A DNA stretch of 64,000 bases, taken from positions 15,315 through 79,314 of the forward strand of contig VYCQ01000002.1 of NCBI GenBank assembly GCA_009843865.1. Reading direction: 5' to 3'. A model generated the notes under the pieces. The model did no database searches. It was not told where the DNA came from and was given only the letters and a program-made list of their open reading frames with translations. Both the position numbers and the translations under genes were made by a program. This document shows, piece by piece, positions 51,211 to 64,000 of the stretch (the stretch's first letter is position 1; each line of letters begins with the position of its first letter). The DNA comes from Acidimicrobiia bacterium (GTDB lineage: Bacteria; Actinomycetota; Acidimicrobiia; Acidimicrobiales; Bin134).

Positions 51211-52749
51211 ATGCAACACACCGCCGAGTGGAACGCACTGCGTTTGCATCAAACCACATTGCAAGATGTGCATTTACGCGACCTGTTTGCTGATAACCCG
51301 CAACGTGGCGATAACCTCAGCGCTCAAGCTCATGGCTGGTTTTTGGATTACTCCAAAAACCTACTCAACTCAAAGACCATAGATCTTTTGGCAGCATTAG
51401 CAGATAAAGCCGATCTGCGGAAAAAAATTAATGCCCTACTAGACGGCGAAACAATAAACGTCACCGAAAATCGTCCTGCCTGGCACGCTGCACTACGTCA
51501 TCCCGACCCACCACCTGAGGTAGTTCGCGAGCTGAATCGCATGGATGACTTTATAAAACAAGTTCACAACGGGCGCTGGCAAACCGTGGTAAACATAGGC
51601 ATCGGCGGTTCTGACCTTGGCCCTGCTATGGCCACCACAGCACTGCGAGCATTCGCTCATCAAGGTCTAGATGTGCGATTTTTATCCAACGTTGACGGAG
51701 CCCATTTTGAAATGGTCACCGACGGGCTCACCCCAGCCCACACTCTTTTCATCGTGGTGTCCAAAACCTTCACCACCACAGAGACCTTAGCCAACACCCA
51801 AACTGCTAAAGCTTGGCTAACAAATGCTCTAGGCACACAGAAGGTGAACGACCACTTTGCAGCCGTGACCGCGCACCCTGACAGAGCACAAGATTTCGGC
51901 ATCTATCCTCAAGCCACCTTTACGATGTGGGATTGGGTTGGCGGGCGTTATTCTCTGGGCTCGGCTGTGGGCCTCAGCTTAATGATGGCCATTGGATCTG
52001 GCGCATTCAAACAAATGCTAGCTGGAATGCACCAAATGGACGAACACTTTCGTAGCGCGACTTGGGCTGAGAACTTGCCCGCTCTAATTGGGCTAATTGG
52101 GCTGTGGAACCGCAACTTTTGGGCACGACCAACTTATGCAATATTGCCTTACTCACAAGAGTTAGCCCTATTTACACCCTACGTTCAACAGCTCGACATG
52201 GAAAGCAACGGCAAATCAACACGAGCCGAGGGCACGCCAGTAGCCACGAGCACAGGCCCAGTGGTTTGGGGTCAGCCAGGCACCAACGGCCAGCATGCAT
52301 TTCATCAGCTTTTGCATCAAGGCAGCGACATCATACCAGTTGAGTTCATAGGCTTTTGCCGTCCCAATCACGACCGCACAACACACCACGACCTGCTCAT
52401 GGCCAACCTCTTCGCCCAAGCGGCAGCCCTAGCCTTCGGCTCTGGGGAGGGTGAAACCAACACCGATAGCGATCCTCACCAAAGCTTTGCTGGCAACCGG
52501 CCCAGCATATTGCTTCTAGGCGAACAACTCACACCGTTCTCATTAGGTCAACTAGTAGCGATCTACGAACACAAGGTGTTCACCCAAGCCAGCATCTGGA
52601 ATATAAACCCCTTTGATCAACCCGGTGTTGAGCTTGGTAAAACTCTAGCCACCGGAATCTCTTCAGAACTTGCGGGCACCACCAAGCCAAAGTCCACCCA
52701 CGACTCCTCTACCCAATCCCTCATACGCAAATATCTCGCACTGCGATAA
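51211..52749 (+). CDS. pgi: Glucose-6-phosphate isomerase
   Basis: IGIGGSDLGP, VSKTFTTTET, GGRYS and QLDMESNGK. Confidence 0.95.
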   Translation: MQHTAEWNALRLHQTTLQDVHLRDLFADNPQRGDNLSAQAHGWFLDYSKNLLNSKTIDLLAALADKADLRKKINALLDGETINVTENRPAWHAALRHPDPPPEVVRELNRMDDFIKQVHNGRWQTVVNIGIGGSDLGPAMATTALRAFAHQGLDVRFLSNVDGAHFEMVTDGLTPAHTLFIVVSKTFTTTETLANTQTAKAWLTNALGTQKVNDHFAAVTAHPDRAQDFGIYPQATFTMWDWVGGRYSLGSAVGLSLMMAIGSGAFKQMLAGMHQMDEHFRSATWAENLPALIGLIGLWNRNFWARPTYAILPYSQELALFTPYVQQLDMESNGKSTRAEGTPVATSTGPVVWGQPGTNGQHAFHQLLHQGSDIIPVEFIGFCRPNHDRTTHHDLLMANLFAQAAALAFGSGEGETNTDSDPHQSFAGNRPSILLLGEQLTPFSLGQLVAIYEHKVFTQASIWNINPFDQPGVELGKTLATGISSELAGTTKPKSTHDSSTQSLIRKYLALR

Positions 52750-52869
52750 ACATCTCCTAAATCGCTACGCACCCCTCTGCATAGAACAGTTACTCAGACG
52801 CTGAATCAAGCGCTAAACGAAGCTAAAGTGACTTAATTCGACATTTGTTAAAGAATGGTGCTAACCAAA

Positions 52870-55328
<2,459 letters not shown>

Positions 55329-55336
<8 letters not shown>

Positions 55337-56447
55337 TGCACATGGGGCACTAGCAGCCACACAAAACCCCAAGGCAACTTCACCCGAAGCAATAGTCGTG
55401 GGTGGTGGGATCATTGGCCTGTCAGTGGCCTGGAAGCTGCAAAGCGGCGGCATCAAAACTGTGGTGTTTGACCCCTACCCAGGTCTCGGCGCTAGCCACG
55501 CAGCTGCTGGAATGCTAGCCCCAGTTAACGAAGCCTACTGGGGTGAACACGATGTGCTGCGCCTACATCTAGCCGCTAACCAAGCTTGGCCAGAATTCGC
55601 CGCAATCCTCGGTGCTAACACGGTGGACTACCGACGCGATGGAATGCTTAGGGTGGCCTTTAACAGCGATGACAAAGCTCAGCTCGCCCACTTCAGCGAT
55701 CTGTACCGTAAAGAAAATCTGCCAGTCGAGCTATTACGCAGTCAACAGTGTCATGAGCTAGAGCCACTGTTATCGCCCGGTGTTCAAAGCGGAATCTACT
55801 CACCGCTCGATCATCACGTAAACCCACGACTAGTGGTGGCTGAGCTTGTAAAACTAGTACCGATCATTACCAAAAGCGTGAAGCATGTGACCCACAATCA
55901 AATAGTCACCGAAGACGGCCAAACTATGCACTGCCGCCAGGTTGTGGTGGCTGCTGGTGCCTGGACAGGGAAGCTGTTGAATTTGCCCATCAGACCAGTG
56001 AAAGGCCAGATCATCCGTTTGAAAGGGAAACCAGGTTTACTGCACCGCCCCGTGCTTGGCTTGGTTAGAGGAGCCAAAATCTACGCAATTCCTCGCAGCG
56101 ACGGCGAGATCGTGGTGGGTGCCACACAAGAAGAAATGGGATTCGATACCCGTGTCACAGCGGGCGGCGTGTATGAGCTACTACGTGACATGCTTGCCTT
56201 ATGCCCTGGTCTTAGCGAAATGGAGCTGGCCGAAACGTGGGCTGGCCTACGCCCTGGCTCCCCCGACAACGCCCCCATAATCGGCCGCGGACACGACGAC
56301 ATCATCTTCGCCAGCGGCCACTTTCGCAACGGGGTGCTCACTGCGCCCATCACCGCCAACTGTGTGACCGCCCTAATTCAAGAACAAGACCCGCCCATTG
56401 ACCTAACAGCATTTAGTCCAGACCGCTTTATGTCCACCCCCATATGA
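55329..56447 (+). CDS. thiO: Glycine oxidase (FAD-dependent)
   Basis: VVGGGIIGLSVAW dinucleotide fold, GHFRNGVL near the C-terminus, and position before thiS-thiG. Confidence 0.88.
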
Positions 56448-56460
56448 TCTTGTCAACAAC

Positions 56461-57986
<1,526 letters not shown>

Positions 57987-58002
<16 letters not shown>

Positions 58003-58757
58003 CCCCTCCGGTGGTGCTAAGCGTGGCAGGCACCGACTCTTCAGGTGGGGCAGGTATTGCTGCTGATCTAACCACATTTGCCGCTTTAGGCGCATACGGC
58101 ACCGTAGCTGTTACTGCGGTCACGGCCCAGAACACCACCGGCGTGCAACAGGTGTACCCATTGCCAGCAGAGTTTGTGGCCCAACAACTAGATTCGGTGC
58201 TGAACGACCTGCCTGTGGCTGCGGTGAAAACAGGAATGCTGGCCGATCCAAAGATCATCGCTATCGTGGGTAACTACGCGGCAGCAGGCAAGCTGCCCAA
58301 TCTAGTAATAGACCCCGTGATGGTTTCGTCGACTGGCGATAGCCTGCTGGATCACGGTGCAGAAAACCTGTATCTGGAGTTACTGGAACACTCCACCACC
58401 ACCACTCCTAACCGGTGGGAAGCCCAGATGCTTTGTAATGCAGGCGGACTACACAGCTTCGAAGCATTAGGGGAACTCTGCGGGGGCTGTCTGGTGATAA
58501 CCGGAGAATCAACCGGCATAGACCGCGTGTTCCACAATAAAAACAAGACGCTGTTACAGGGACAAGAGATCGATACCAGCAACGATCACGGCACCGGCTG
58601 CACTTTTTCTGCCGCCATAGCTTCTAACTTGGCTCATAGAGTTGAGCCTTTAGAGGCCATTATTAAGGCCAAAGAGTTCGTCCGCGAGCGCATCATGGAT
58701 TCGGCCAACTGGAACATAGGCAACGGACGTGGGCCAGTATCACATGTATTGGCCTAA
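57987..58757 (+). CDS. thiD: Hydroxymethylpyrimidine/phosphomethylpyrimidine kinase
   Basis: VLSVAGTDSSGGAGIAADL, VKTGML and GTGCTFSAAIA. Confidence 0.95.
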
Positions 58758-58796
58758 TATGGTATTAACCCTAAGGGGCATTAACCCTAAACAACC

Positions 58797-59495
58797 CTAA
58801 GAAGAAAACAAAGGGGAATGGGGCGAGGGAGATGCGTGGGTAATGAATGTGAGGCCGTCAGCTATAGGAAGCATTACCTGCGTGGTGCGAGAATCAGCCA
58901 CCACATGATCGTTAAAAGCCCGTATTGCTCTTAGGTTGTCGTCTGTGCTGTTGTCGGCATAGGGATCTACCACCAGACCATCCCACAACACATTGTCTAC
59001 CAAAATGACCCCATTAGGACTTAGGCGCTGCACTATTGCTTCGTAATACTGCTGATACGAGGGTTTATCTGCATCAATAAAAGCTAAATCGATGATAGGC
59101 TCATCGGGCAATGTAGCCAGCGTTTCAACTGCCGGTGCGATCTTCAGGTCAATCTTGTCGGACACTCCCGCACGCTCCCAAAAGCGGCAGGCAATACTTG
59201 TCCACTCCTCGCTTATATCGCAGCACAAGAGCCTGGCATCGGAACTAAGACCTCGTGCTATGGACATGGCTGAGAAGCCGGTGAAGGTACCCACCTCTAC
59301 CGCAAACGTCACACCCAACAACCGAGTTAACATTGTCATAAATGCCCCCTGCTCGGGAGCGATCTGCATTTCAGAAATATCACCTAGTGCCATGGTGACA
59401 TCAATCAGCTCTTGAGTAACGGGGTCAAGACCCGTCCCGTGAGCTATCAAGTAGTCATGCAATTCGGTGCTGAGGCCGATTGTTTTAGGGGTCAC
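58797..59495 (-). CDS. Class I SAM-dependent O-methyltransferase (family 3, caffeoyl-CoA OMT-like)
   Basis: VEVGTFTGFSA SAM motif, FIDADKPSY and GVILVDNVLW. Confidence 0.85.
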   Translation of the reverse strand: MTPKTIGLSTELHDYLIAHGTGLDPVTQELIDVTMALGDISEMQIAPEQGAFMTMLTRLLGVTFAVEVGTFTGFSAMSIARGLSSDARLLCCDISEEWTSIACRFWERAGVSDKIDLKIAPAVETLATLPDEPIIDLAFIDADKPSYQQYYEAIVQRLSPNGVILVDNVLWDGLVVDPYADNSTDDNLRAIRAFNDHVVADSRTTQVMLPIADGLTFITHASPSPHSPLFSS

Positions 59496-59511
59496 TGCGA
59501 TGGCCTTTCTG

Positions 59512-59910
59512 CTATGCCCTACCTAAGACTTTGTCAACAGCTATCACGATAGCCCGCCGATCAGGGCCTCGATCTTTGGGTGGACTGTAACGAGCGGCGT
59601 AACGAGCCACAGCATCGGCACATTCCTGATGATCGGCGGTGGCCCTGGCCTGACCTTCCAAGGTGACCCAACGTCCCCCATCCACTTGACAAAGAGCTGC
59701 ACGACCGCCACCGGATTGCTCTAACAGACGAATCTTTTTAGCCCCCGACCAAGTAATGACTCGCGCAACAGCTGTGGCGGAATCCCAAGTGAAACCCACT
59801 GGAGTCACATGCAAAGTACCGGCAGGCCCTAACAACGTAAGCGTGGCGAGGTGACGATCTTGCAGAAAGCGATTCATATCGTCGGTTAGGTGCTGCGGGT
59901 CGTGAGCCAC
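59512..59910 (-). CDS. PPOX-class (probable F420-dependent) pyridoxamine-5'-phosphate-oxidase-family protein
   Basis: ATLTLLGPAGTLHVTPVGFTWD split-barrel pattern. The start is moved to the GTG at 59910 (AAGGA lies 7 nt upstream), because the track start at 59988 would overlap the helD 3' end by 41 nt. Confidence 0.7.
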   Translation of the reverse strand: MAHDPQHLTDDMNRFLQDRHLATLTLLGPAGTLHVTPVGFTWDSATAVARVITWSGAKKIRLLEQSGGGRAALCQVDGGRWVTLEGQARATADHQECADAVARYAARYSPPKDRGPDRRAIVIAVDKVLGRA

Positions 59911-59947
59911 AGGCTCATCCTTTCTAGATACTCTGGATACGTATTTT

Positions 59948-61990
59948 CTAGATACACAATGGCTCGGGTAATTGTCGGGCATACACAACTACTAGACGTT
60001 GGGTGGCTCGAGTTATCGCCACATAAAGAGATTGCATGCCTCTGGGCAGTTTCTCACAAATATCGGCGGGTTCCACCACCACAGCAGTGTCCACCTCTAG
60101 ACCCTTCACTAGTTCTACTGGCACGACCGTCACCTGCGATTCCAACCCTCGTTCATACACCAGACCATGTTCTACCCCTGAGGCATGAAGTGCTGCCGAG
60201 ATATTATCGGCCTGTTGCATGTGACAGATCACTGCCATGTTTCCGCTCCCAAGCTGGGCTAACTCTGCGACTACTTCACCCAACACCGCTTGAGCTAAAG
60301 CACTGTAAGCCGAACCTTCATTGGGCAGATCATCATTAGCTTGCACCGCTACAAACCGTGGCAAGATGCCATCAGTACGAACAGAACGAGGCGGCTTAAG
60401 TCCTGGCACAGCGGCATCTAGCACTCGTGCAGCCATGTTCATGATGGGCTCAGCCAAGCGATAGCCGATGGTGAGTTCTTCAAAGCGGGGCTCGGCCCTG
60501 ATGGGCAGCATTTCTACCAGGCTGTCCCAGGAATCATGCCCCCACGCCGAAGTTGCCTGAGCAATGTCGCCAACCACCGTCATAGAGCCGTTCAGCGAGC
60601 GGCGTCCAATCATCTGAAGCTGCATGGGCGAAAGGTCTTGAGCTTCGTCTAGCACGATGTGGCCGTAGGTACGGATAGAATCCTCCTGCTTGTAGTTAGG
60701 TCTTGGCCCTAGAAGGGCTAAAGCTTCGTCTAGCAACGGCGCATCCTCAGCCTTCCACACCACATCCAAAGCATGCGCTGACCGGGGTCGATACAACAAG
60801 TTGACCTCTGCTGCGGTGAGGGCCGAGCCTGCGGCCGAACGCAGCAAAGCCTTAGAACCAAACAAATCATGCAAAAAGTGGGCTGGAGTAAGCACTGGCC
60901 ACATCCACTCGAAGGTCTCTCGCAGCGCGTGGGTGTGATGAAGCTGTTCACGCACGGTTTGCGAGTCGAAGGCTGACGAGCCCGAACGCACTGCGCTGTG
61001 GGCTAGGTGCTCATACACTTGATTTTCCACAAAACGACGAGCCCCGTTATGAGTGCGAAAGCGCTTGCGGGCGGCTTGGATAATCTCGCTGCTTTCATCC
61101 ACGGTAAGGCGTAGTCTTTTGAGCCCTAGGCCCACCAACAAGTCGGAGCGCAATGCCCGCTGACGATCTCGACGAGCACGCCACAACATTCCAACCATGC
61201 GCAAATCGCCCTTTACACGAGCTACAGATGGCTTCTCGAAACCTCTCACACGGATGTTTGGTAATAGGTCAGCCAACAACGAGACTTCCACGCCTGCCTC
61301 TCCCAGCGAAGGCAGCACCTGCTCAATGTAAGTAAGAAACAAGCGATTAGGTCCGAGCACAAGCATACCCTGGCCTTCTAGGGGAAAACGATGGGTATAA
61401 AGCAGGTAGGCGGCGCGGTGCAGGGCTGCCACAGTTTTGCCTGTGCCTGGGCCTCCTTGCACTACCAGCACGCCGGGCAGGGGCGAGCGAATGATGGCAT
61501 CCTGCTCGACCTGAATCGTGGCGGCGGCATCGGCCAGACGACCAGTGCGAGCAGCTTCTAGGCCCGCACGCAAGGTAGCCTCCCCCACCAGCGTTAGGTG
61601 ACCATTGTTGTTGGCCCGATCGAAGTATTCATCTTCTAACCCAAGCAGCTCGCGGCCGCGCGTTACGAAATGACGGCGCAACTTTAGACCCATTGGATCG
61701 CTCAAGGTGGCACGATAAAAAGCTTCAGCAGCGGGGGCACGCCAATCGATTGTCACCGGCTCTTGATTTTCATCCCAAACAGCTACCCGACCTACGTAAA
61801 AGCGATCGCCGCCAAATTGTTCGGCCCAGTCCAAACGTCCGAACACCAACGAAGAATTGCCAATATCTAGTTCATTAAGACGACTGCTGATGGAATCCCA
61901 GATAATCTCGCGCTCGTAACGGGCTTGATGAGTGCCGCCTGCACCTACTTCCACCATGTCTTGCAGAGACAACGCTCGCTCACGAGCCAA
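59948..61990 (-). CDS. helD: HelD-type UvrD-like SF1 helicase/ATPase (RNA polymerase-associated)
   Basis: FGRLDW..RFYVGRVAV..TIDWRAPAAEAFYRAT (HelD N-terminal signature), GGPGTGKTVAALHRAAYLL Walker A, VLDEAQD, and the C-terminal LYVAITRA. The frame stays open upstream to 62065, so the true start may be further 5' (see findings). Confidence 0.88.
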   Translation of the reverse strand: MARERALSLQDMVEVGAGGTHQARYEREIIWDSISSRLNELDIGNSSLVFGRLDWAEQFGGDRFYVGRVAVWDENQEPVTIDWRAPAAEAFYRATLSDPMGLKLRRHFVTRGRELLGLEDEYFDRANNNGHLTLVGEATLRAGLEAARTGRLADAAATIQVEQDAIIRSPLPGVLVVQGGPGTGKTVAALHRAAYLLYTHRFPLEGQGMLVLGPNRLFLTYIEQVLPSLGEAGVEVSLLADLLPNIRVRGFEKPSVARVKGDLRMVGMLWRARRDRQRALRSDLLVGLGLKRLRLTVDESSEIIQAARKRFRTHNGARRFVENQVYEHLAHSAVRSGSSAFDSQTVREQLHHTHALRETFEWMWPVLTPAHFLHDLFGSKALLRSAAGSALTAAEVNLLYRPRSAHALDVVWKAEDAPLLDEALALLGPRPNYKQEDSIRTYGHIVLDEAQDLSPMQLQMIGRRSLNGSMTVVGDIAQATSAWGHDSWDSLVEMLPIRAEPRFEELTIGYRLAEPIMNMAARVLDAAVPGLKPPRSVRTDGILPRFVAVQANDDLPNEGSAYSALAQAVLGEVVAELAQLGSGNMAVICHMQQADNISAALHASGVEHGLVYERGLESQVTVVPVELVKGLEVDTAVVVEPADICEKLPRGMQSLYVAITRATQRLVVVYARQLPEPLCI

Positions 61991-62144
61991 CTCAAGAGCT
62001 TGGTGTGCCCTGTCGATACATGCCTGCTCAAATGCGTGATCTGGATGAATCAGAGGCTCCTCAGATCAAAATCAGTGAACGTTTAAGTCTAATAGGAAAA
62101 AACTACCCAGCGTCATGAAAGTACTTACAATGATCGCTCACAAT

Positions 62145-62183
62145 GACACTGAGAGGGGACACTGAGAGAGGACACTGAGAGAG
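62145..62183. repeat. Three tandem 13-nt units between the unknown operon and helD
   Basis: GACACTGAGAGGG / GACACTGAGAGAG / GACACTGAGAGAG, abutting the stop codon at 62186-62188. Preceded by a further 13-nt-period pair (CTTACAATGA / CTCACAATGA, 62124-62146). Confidence 0.85.
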
Positions 62184-62185
62184 GG

Positions 62186-63109
62186 CTACTCGCTCTCGTC
62201 CGCCTCGTGGATCATGTTGATCTGATCAGAATGAGCAAGACCATCTTCAACGGCGGCCACAAGCTGAGCCCAATCCATCGAATGCACAGAATAGTTGTAG
62301 CTAACCCGAGCCACTGCCCGCATTACCGCTTGAACCTGTCTTTTAGCATCACCCTGCTTTGTGGCGAGGCCATGACGAAACAACACACTAACCACTGCGG
62401 CTAACGCCTGCGGAGCACACAGAACTGTGACACATTTCAGAGACCAGCGAGCAAGATTGTCCTTCCAAACCCCATTATGCCAAAGAACTCCATGAGCTTC
62501 TGCACACGAGAGCGATTCCCCGTTATCCCTCGCAGCTCGGCTCGCTATTTCGGCAATCCTACACCTCCACCAAGCAGCAGAAATCTGACAATCCTCCAAT
62601 ACGGATACATTCCCCCTCACCTTCTTCAGCCCACCGACAGAGCGCAGGAAATTACGAGCCCGCTGGTCTGAAGTCCTATCTCTACTGCCCACCATGAAGG
62701 CTGATCCCACATCTTCTTCAAACATCCAATTACCAATCCAGATCGCATGACATAACGTCCAAAATGCTGGATCCGCTGCCTGCACTGGTGTGACCTCCCT
62801 CAAACACTTTGCCAACTCCTGCTCAACATAAATCGGCAACCTCTGCATCTCTGCTGGAGTCAACGGATTCGGTAGTCGAGGAACTAACCGCTCAGCCTCA
62901 TCTCTCTCTTCAATACCGAGACCGAGGTTTTTGAGCATGTAATCGCGCACTGAGCTGGGACCAGCTTCCATAACCCTTTCCAATTCCCACTGGTTTCTCT
63001 CTGCGACTCGCTGGTTCGACGATTCAATCTTCTTTTCATGGATGAGTGAAATCTGCCAATCATCAAACTTGTCGCGGTTGATAAGACCCTGGGCTGATTT
63101 AAGCCTCAT
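62186..63109 (-). CDS. Hypothetical protein, 307 aa, Trp-rich and helical, no recognisable family
   Basis: The ATG at 63109 overlaps the upstream TGA (ATGA junction). It gives MRLKSAQGLINRDKF.... The 27 extra codons of the track ORF lie inside the upstream gene. No catalytic or NTP-binding motif was recognised. Confidence 0.6.
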   Translation of the reverse strand: MRLKSAQGLINRDKFDDWQISLIHEKKIESSNQRVAERNQWELERVMEAGPSSVRDYMLKNLGLGIEERDEAERLVPRLPNPLTPAEMQRLPIYVEQELAKCLREVTPVQAADPAFWTLCHAIWIGNWMFEEDVGSAFMVGSRDRTSDQRARNFLRSVGGLKKVRGNVSVLEDCQISAAWWRCRIAEIASRAARDNGESLSCAEAHGVLWHNGVWKDNLARWSLKCVTVLCAPQALAAVVSVLFRHGLATKQGDAKRQVQAVMRAVARVSYNYSVHSMDWAQLVAAVEDGLAHSDQINMIHEADESE

Positions 63110-63903
63110 TCGACTTCTCCAACTGCTGGTACATGAAAAGCCTCTAAAAGAGTGGCAGCTTGGGCCGGATCGAATTGATCCGAGGTCCAATCGGCAACTT
63201 GAGCCTTTTCAAATCGATGACGAAGCTCTTGCGCCAACGCGTGGTCGTGGTGCTCCCTGTCTTGACCTTGCGTATCTCGGCCCATCGAGCTGTAAGGCAG
63301 CCGAGCACAGGCACCTATCAGACCTGCAATCTGGATATCTCGGCAGTCTTTACGTTTCTCGTAAAGATCTGAAGCCATTTTCACCACAAAATAGGGATTA
63401 CCGCCTTCAGTAACCTCATTAACAGCCATCCGGCCGCATTCAAGGTTTGTGTCTCGTCGAAACCGCACCAAGGAGGCTACCAAAGGTTTCACGCGACGAG
63501 CTTGAGCCCGAGCTAACCACCACCCAGACGGAACTTCAACCGATATGCTTGACAACCAACCGAAGGGATTGAGACCGGACGGATCAAGAACAAGTTCAGC
63601 AACTGCCACCAATCCTGGTACCAAAAACATCTGGTCGATCGTCTCTTCTTCGTTCCAAACAATCCTTTGAGTGCGTTCCGACGACCGCGTCTCGCGGCTA
63701 AGAAGGGTTCGAGGACAGCGAAACTCAGTTATCCACTGGGCTTCACCAGATTCCACCAAGCGATCAAGCTGGGGCGCACCGTCCAATTGATGAACGACCA
63801 TGGCCTGCGAACCAATTATGTCCACCTTGGCCATATAACTGGCTTCTAACCAATCCAAACTAGAACCTCCCTCTAGCAAAACCGGAAAGCGCTTAAGTTT
63901 CAT
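63106..63903 (-). CDS. Hypothetical protein, 265 aa, no recognisable family
   Basis: Clean open frame, translationally coupled to the downstream ORF. Mixed alpha/beta-looking composition. No TM segment and no recognised motif. Confidence 0.55.
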   Translation of the reverse strand: MKLKRFPVLLEGGSSLDWLEASYMAKVDIIGSQAMVVHQLDGAPQLDRLVESGEAQWITEFRCPRTLLSRETRSSERTQRIVWNEEETIDQMFLVPGLVAVAELVLDPSGLNPFGWLSSISVEVPSGWWLARAQARRVKPLVASLVRFRRDTNLECGRMAVNEVTEGGNPYFVVKMASDLYEKRKDCRDIQIAGLIGACARLPYSSMGRDTQGQDREHHDHALAQELRHRFEKAQVADWTSDQFDPAQAATLLEAFHVPAVGEVE

Positions 63904-64000
63904 TCTGCTCTGCTCTCTCGTCTAGAAAATGAGCGACTCAGCTTCCTCATGATCGGGAGGCCATTACTCAGACATCAACTGGCGCCTCACCAAATCCAGT

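Noticed and set aside
59911-59988. Long N-terminal extension of the PPOX-family ORF
   Set aside because: It would overlap the helD 3' end by 41 nt and encodes a Ser/Arg/Val-rich peptide. A GTG with a properly spaced AAGGA at 59910 gives a normal-length split-barrel protein.
62145-62183. CRISPR-like array (also considered for 5578..5616 and 27515..27553)
   Set aside because: The units are 13 nt and directly abutting with no spacers, there are only 3 copies, and there are no cas genes. They are simple tandem duplications.
61991-62185. Rifamycin-associated element (RAE) upstream of the HelD/HelR-like gene
   Set aside because: I looked for the GC-rich roughly 19-bp inverted repeat reported upstream of actinobacterial rifamycin-resistance genes. 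This spacer has only AT-moderate direct repeats and no such palindrome.

Overview
This is a 64 kb chromosomal segment of roughly 50-55% GC, by eye, most likely from an actinobacterium. Supporting markers are the Actinomycetota-specific ribosomal micro-proteins bS22 and bL37, a class E sortase, a septum-formation-family lipoprotein, mutA-mutB-meaB, HelD and an F420-type PPOX protein. Most of the window is housekeeping: a class I fumarase fragment, an AapJQMP-type amino-acid ABC transporter, methylmalonyl-CoA mutase, and ribA-ftsB-eno. It also holds mazG-mfd-pth-rplY-prs, tRNA-Gln, ispE-rsmA-tatD-metG-rsmI, ychF, a BMP-family (nucleoside-type) ABC transporter, a 1-Cys peroxiredoxin, an ABC ATPase with two giant FtsX permeases, pgi, and a TPP-riboswitch-controlled thiC-thiE-thiO-thiS-thiG-tenI-like-thiD operon. 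No transposase, integrase, CRISPR array or rRNA was seen. The accessory-looking parts are a VapBC module, a solitary N6-adenine DNA methyltransferase wedged inside the BMP transporter operon, a poorly coding 40.0-44.1 kb stretch (HAD and NT5C-like phosphatases, a LysM lipoprotein, a Cys/Trp-rich mini-protein plus a membrane protein), and two translationally coupled ORFs of unrecognisable family at 62.2-63.9 kb that run off the window edge. I could not identify a complete novel system. The 62.2-63.9 kb pair and the orphan methyltransferase are the best leads. A window-wide oddity is the abundance of perfect or near-perfect 10-16 nt tandem duplications in spacers, across stop codons and in frame inside genes.
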